The position numbers and the translations under genes were made by a program. A DNA stretch of 64,000 nt from Phormidesmis sp. Its GTDB lineage: Bacteria > Cyanobacteriota > Cyanobacteriia > Leptolyngbyales > Leptolyngbyaceae. The notes under the pieces were generated by a model. That model was not told the origin of the DNA and searched no databases. It was given only the letters and a program-made list of their open reading frames with translations. Numbering within the stretch: the first letter of the stretch is position 1; every line of letters begins with the position of its first letter. The stretch lies in NCBI GenBank assembly GCA_965248535.1, contig CBDFJR010000002.1, forward strand, positions 1,632,001 through 1,696,000. The letters are read 5' to 3'. This document shows, piece after piece, positions 59,850 through 64,000 of the stretch.

Positions 59850-62039
59850 TTGATGTTGAAGCAACGAAAGATTTGGATCGCGCTGGCAGCAGGCACCGGA
59901 CTGTTGGCTTTATTGATTGGCGCTTTTTTGCCGATCGAGAAACTAAGAGATGCTTCTCACCAAGCCACGCAAGGGTTCAACTCTAAGCAGCCTGAAAATG
60001 TGGGATCGCCGAGCACGATCGTCAGCCCTCTAATCGCGCAATCGCCCAAGCAACGCGCCGCAACTCTCAAAGCAACGGCTCAAAATTCCACTGTTTCTCT
60101 AGAGCGCAATCGGGCCCGCTATCTGCTAGCCAGCGATCTGATTGCTCAGGGGCAGGGCGAGAAAGCGATCGAGGCGCTCAAAAATCTTGAAAAAGACTAT
60201 CCGGTGCTGGCGGCGCAGGTTTTGCTCAAACGTGCCCAAGCCTATGAAGTCGCTGGAAAAAAAGCGGAGACCACCGCTACCTGGCAAGAATTGGTTAAGC
60301 AATATCCCCATGATCCGGCCGCTGCCGAGGCTCTGTTTTTCTTAGGAAAATCGAACCCTAGCTATTGGGATCAAGCGATCGAGCAGTTTCCGGCTCACCC
60401 CCGATCGGTAGAAATTGCCCAACTTCGGCTGAAAAAGAACCCCAATCAGTTTTCGCTGCTGATGCTGATGGCCAACAATGCTGTCAACAGCGAAGGCTAC
60501 ACCGGAATTCTCGATAAACTAACCGAAAAATTTGCTCCTCAGCTACAGCCCAAAGATTGGGAAGCGATCGCCTTTGGCTATTGGGAAAATCAGGTTTATG
60601 ACAAAGGGGCGGCGGCCTATGCCCGTGCGCCTCAGACGGCGGTCAACGCTTATCGAGCCGCTCGTGGGCTGCATCTGAGCGGCAAGCCCGGCGGCGAAGA
60701 GCGCTATCGACAAGTCGCCCAAAATTTTCCCAATTCGCCCGAAGCTGGGTTAGCTCTAACTCGACTGGCGGCGTTAGCAGAACAGCCCCAAGCGGCGATC
60801 GCCTATCTCGATCAGGTGATTGAGCATTTTCCCGATCGGTCCCCCGCTGCCCTAGTCGAAAAATCTAAACAACTCGACAAACTCAACAGCAGCAAATTTG
60901 CGGCTCAAGTCAGACAACTCGTGCTGACGCAATATGCCCACACCGATGCGGCCGCAGACATGCGCTGGTTTTATGCTCAAGAACGCGCCCAAGCCGGAGA
61001 TTTTCGACTCGCTAAAGAGTGGGCAGAGCCGATTCTCGACCAAAACCCCAACAGCGAAATCGCCGCCCAAGCCGGGTTTTGGGTCGGCAAATGGAGTGAA
61101 AAACTCGGCAAACCTGACGACGCAAAAGCCATCTATCAAAAGGTGCTATCCCAGCATTCCGACTCTTATTATGCGTGGCGATCGGCGAATCGACTGGGCT
61201 GGAACGTCGGCGACTTTAACAGTGTGCGATCGCTCAACCCCGCCGTTAATAAACCCGCCACTCGCCCCGAACTGGTAGCCGGATCGCCCGTGCTCAAAGA
61301 ACTCTATCAGCTTGGTCAAGACCGCGACGCTTGGACTCAGTGGCAAATCGAGTTTCAAAATCGCATGGCTCCCACCATGGCAGAACAGTTTACCGACGGG
61401 GTGATGCGGTTGGGGATCGGCAACAATCTGGACGGCATTTTTATGGTGTCAAATCTGAGCGATCGTGACAAGCCCGACGAAAAAGAGCAGTACCGATCGT
61501 TAAAGCAACAGTCCGCTTATTGGCAGGCGCTCTACCCGTTTCCCTACCTGCAAGAAATCGAGAACTGGTCAGGGCAACATCAACTTAATCCGCTTTTGGT
61601 GACGGCGTTAATTCGTCAAGAGTCGCGCTTTGAGTCAAAAATCAAATCCTCAGTTGGGGCAACAGGTTTGATGCAGGTGATGCCTGACACCGCAACGTTT
61701 ATCGCCAGCAATATTAAGCTCAAACAGTTCAAATTGGATGATCCCAATGACAATATTCGGTTAGGCACCTGGTATCTCGATCATACTCACTTGGAGTACA
61801 ACAACAATTCGATGCTGGCGGTTGCGAGCTATAACGCTGGCCCTGGTGCGGTTGGGGGTTGGTTAGCCAAGGCAAAAACTCAAGACACCGATGAGTTTGT
61901 TGAGATGATTCCCTACGATGAAACAAAGGGGTATGTGAAGTCAGTTTTTGGCAATTATTGGAACTATCTCCGGCTCTATAACCCTGAGATTTCGCAGCAG
62001 ATTTCTCAAATGACTTCTGAGCACCCCAAAGGGGGTTAA
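59850..62039 (+). CDS. slt: soluble lytic transglycosylase with TPR repeats
   Basis: IRQESRF, GATGLMQVMP, ASYNAG, ET.GYV. Confidence 0.92.
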   Translation: MMLKQRKIWIALAAGTGLLALLIGAFLPIEKLRDASHQATQGFNSKQPENVGSPSTIVSPLIAQSPKQRAATLKATAQNSTVSLERNRARYLLASDLIAQGQGEKAIEALKNLEKDYPVLAAQVLLKRAQAYEVAGKKAETTATWQELVKQYPHDPAAAEALFFLGKSNPSYWDQAIEQFPAHPRSVEIAQLRLKKNPNQFSLLMLMANNAVNSEGYTGILDKLTEKFAPQLQPKDWEAIAFGYWENQVYDKGAAAYARAPQTAVNAYRAARGLHLSGKPGGEERYRQVAQNFPNSPEAGLALTRLAALAEQPQAAIAYLDQVIEHFPDRSPAALVEKSKQLDKLNSSKFAAQVRQLVLTQYAHTDAAADMRWFYAQERAQAGDFRLAKEWAEPILDQNPNSEIAAQAGFWVGKWSEKLGKPDDAKAIYQKVLSQHSDSYYAWRSANRLGWNVGDFNSVRSLNPAVNKPATRPELVAGSPVLKELYQLGQDRDAWTQWQIEFQNRMAPTMAEQFTDGVMRLGIGNNLDGIFMVSNLSDRDKPDEKEQYRSLKQQSAYWQALYPFPYLQEIENWSGQHQLNPLLVTALIRQESRFESKIKSSVGATGLMQVMPDTATFIASNIKLKQFKLDDPNDNIRLGTWYLDHTHLEYNNNSMLAVASYNAGPGAVGGWLAKAKTQDTDEFVEMIPYDETKGYVKSVFGNYWNYLRLYNPEISQQISQMTSEHPKGG

Positions 62040-62093
62040 CTGAGATGCTGTGTTCATGCCCCTTGCAGCACAGATCGGGTTAACCCCTGGCTC

Positions 62094-62447
62094 TTACCAA
62101 CCCTTTTCAGACTGAGCGAGCACATAAGCCGCCACTGACTGAATTTGGTCATCGGTCAAGCGACCCTTAAACTTGGGCATCGCATTTTTGCCGTTGGTTA
62201 CCTGAGTGACGATCGCTGCGCTGCTGTTCATCGCATATTTAGCCAGGGCCGCTTTTTTAAGCGTTTTGTCAGGGCTGACAACATTTTTGCCGCCGATATG
62301 ACAAGAGGCGCAGTTGGCTGCAAAGACTTTTGCCCCTGTTGCTAGATCTGCATCTGCCAAAGCAGGTTGAGCCATTGTGAAAATCATGGATGCGATCGTA
62401 ATCAAAACCGTTGCAAGCAGTGTTCTCATAGACAGTAGTTTCTTCAT
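62094..62447 (-). CDS. petJ: cytochrome c6
   Basis: Signal peptide, CASCH heme motif, GKNAMP. Confidence 0.9.
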   Translation of the reverse strand: MKKLLSMRTLLATVLITIASMIFTMAQPALADADLATGAKVFAANCASCHIGGKNVVSPDKTLKKAALAKYAMNSSAAIVTQVTNGKNAMPKFKGRLTDDQIQSVAAYVLAQSEKGW

Positions 62448-62778
62448 AACCGGATCGTTTGTAATGGGACTCTAGAGGATGGTTTTACACAGAGATATCC
62501 TCCAAACTTCCCTAAGGGAAATCGAGAGGATAGGAAACTTGTTGCTGGTCACGCGCTTCTCTAAAGATGCGCTGTGATTCAGTTATGAGTAGTGTGTCTT
62601 GCTTATTTCCTTTCGTCAAAAGACAGGCTGTAAAACTTGCGAAAGGCTCAAAGGTAGGGCGACGTGGGCAAGCGATCGTGAGATTCAGAAGTCATCGTGA
62701 TCAAATTCCTACAGCCCCTCAATGTCAGGTAGTCTGATTCAGGTATTCTAATAAAGTGTCATTTCACTGTTAGGAGAT

Positions 62779-63198
62779 ATGGTTTCTCTACCTCATCACC
62801 GTCCAAAACACCTGTCTCTCGGCCCGCTAGAGTCAGAGATCTTGCACATCGTTTGGGAGCTAGACGGCGCAACGGTGAAAGAGATTCACGATCGCATTCT
62901 TGCTGACCCCGATCGTGAGTTGGCCTACACGTCGGTCACCACGGTTTTAAACCGTCTCACCAAAAAAGGCTGGCTCGTGTGTGACAAACAAGCCCGCAGC
63001 TTTTGGTGGAAACCGCTCGTCTCAAAAGCCGAAGCCACTGCTCTGCAAGCCTATGAGCAACTCAATCAATTTTTAGCCGTCGGCAACCCCGATGTGGTCG
63101 CGGCCTTTGCCGATAGTCTCGATCAAGCCAGCGTCGAACAACTCGAAGCGATCGCTCAACGATTACAAGCCATCCGCAAATCACGGGAGGAACTATGA
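62779..63198 (+). CDS. BlaI/MecI/CopY family transcriptional regulator
   Basis: LGPLE.EI..IVW, LAYTSV.TVL.RL..KG. Confidence 0.92.
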   Translation: MVSLPHHRPKHLSLGPLESEILHIVWELDGATVKEIHDRILADPDRELAYTSVTTVLNRLTKKGWLVCDKQARSFWWKPLVSKAEATALQAYEQLNQFLAVGNPDVVAAFADSLDQASVEQLEAIAQRLQAIRKSREEL

Positions 63199-64000
63199 CG
63201 CATTTAATCCTGCTTTTATCCGCGTTGGCAGTCGCTTGGGGTCTGCGTCAAACTGCCCCGATTCCCACGGGTCGCTGGAGCGATCGCTGGCAAACCACGC
63301 TCGGATGGTTCCTGTTCTCTCCTTTATTGTTGAGCACCACCACCTTTGCCCTCATTTATATGGGGCCCTGTCATCAAATGACGCTCTGGTGGGAAGGCTG
63401 GGGCAGTTATGCGATCGCGATTTCGTTTCTGACGGCCGCGATCGGACTGGGGTTGAGCTTAACGATTTCGGCCCAGCGATCGCTGCATCAAGTTCGCCGC
63501 TACCCCACACTAGAGCTACACGGCAAGACCGCTCGACTGATTGCGATTCCGACTCCCTATGTGGCGCAGATTGGCTTCTGGAAACCAGAGCTAGTCGTTA
63601 GCCAGGGGTTGTTAGATTCTCTCGACTCTGCCCATCTTGAAGTGGTCTTAGTTCACGAACAGGGGCATCTTCACTATCGCGACACCTTCTGGTTTTTTTG
63701 GCTGGGTTGGTTGCGTCGTCTCACCGTCTGGCTGCCCCAAACCGAAGCGCTCTGGCAAGAACTGCTGATCTTGCGAGAACTGAGAGCCGATCGCTGGGCG
63801 GCTCAACAGGTCGATCAGTTACTCCTAGCCGAAGCTCTGCTTTCTGTCGTCAGCGCCCCTCAAATGCAGCCTGAAAACGTCTGCGCTTCGTTTAGCAGCG
63901 CCGTCGTCAGAAACCGTCTCACCGAGCGCATCACCGCGCTTTTAGAACCAGAGTCAGCGTCACATTCCGATTGGCGATCGTGGCTCTGGCTGCTGTTGGG
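63195..64000 (+). CDS. M56 (BlaR1-like) metallopeptidase, runs off the window end
   Basis: ATGA overlap with blaI; HEQGH zinc motif, RD, ELRAD. Confidence 0.85.
   Translation, partial: MTHLILLLSALAVAWGLRQTAPIPTGRWSDRWQTTLGWFLFSPLLLSTTTFALIYMGPCHQMTLWWEGWGSYAIAISFLTAAIGLGLSLTISAQRSLHQVRRYPTLELHGKTARLIAIPTPYVAQIGFWKPELVVSQGLLDSLDSAHLEVVLVHEQGHLHYRDTFWFFWLGWLRRLTVWLPQTEALWQELLILRELRADRWAAQQVDQLLLAEALLSVVSAPQMQPENVCASFSSAVVRNRLTERITALLEPESASHSDWRSWLWLLL

Noticed and set aside
63092..63601. 169-aa plus-strand ORF
   Set aside because: Out-of-frame shadow of blaI and the M56 peptidase.
1..64000. Very frequent GCGATCGC octamers
   Set aside because: Known cyanobacterial HIP1; used only for taxonomic inference.

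Overview
Chromosomal window from a cyanobacterium, inferred from very frequent HIP1 GCGATCGC octamers, phycobiliprotein lyases and cytochrome c6. Most of it is housekeeping: pheA, rne-rnhB, clpS, cobU, cobT, purU, murE, pepA, slt, petJ, cpcS, an ATP-grasp/alpha-E/transglutaminase/Anbu cluster and a Met-rich peptide/MsrPQ-like redox cluster. An accessory island at about 37.4-46.0 kb holds two integrase-less integron-like cassette arrays on the minus strand. These comprise attC sites, attI-like sites, GNAT and FlaR-like cassettes, a class C group II intron inside an attC, and IS4, IS5 and IS256 elements. Each array is paired divergently with one copy of an unannotated duplicated module: a promoter, a structured leader whose copies differ mainly in hairpin loops, a convergent -10 box, a 39-codon leader ORF, an RBS-sequestering hairpin and a 123-aa unknown protein. 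This module resembles antisense-RNA/leader-peptide control (CopA/tap or Sok/mok type) and is the best candidate for an undescribed system. An orphan IsrB/IscB-type omega (HEARO-like) RNA lies near 9.0-9.3 kb, and a histidine kinase is frameshifted next to a hairpin insertion. All product calls come from motif recognition by eye; no database searches were run.
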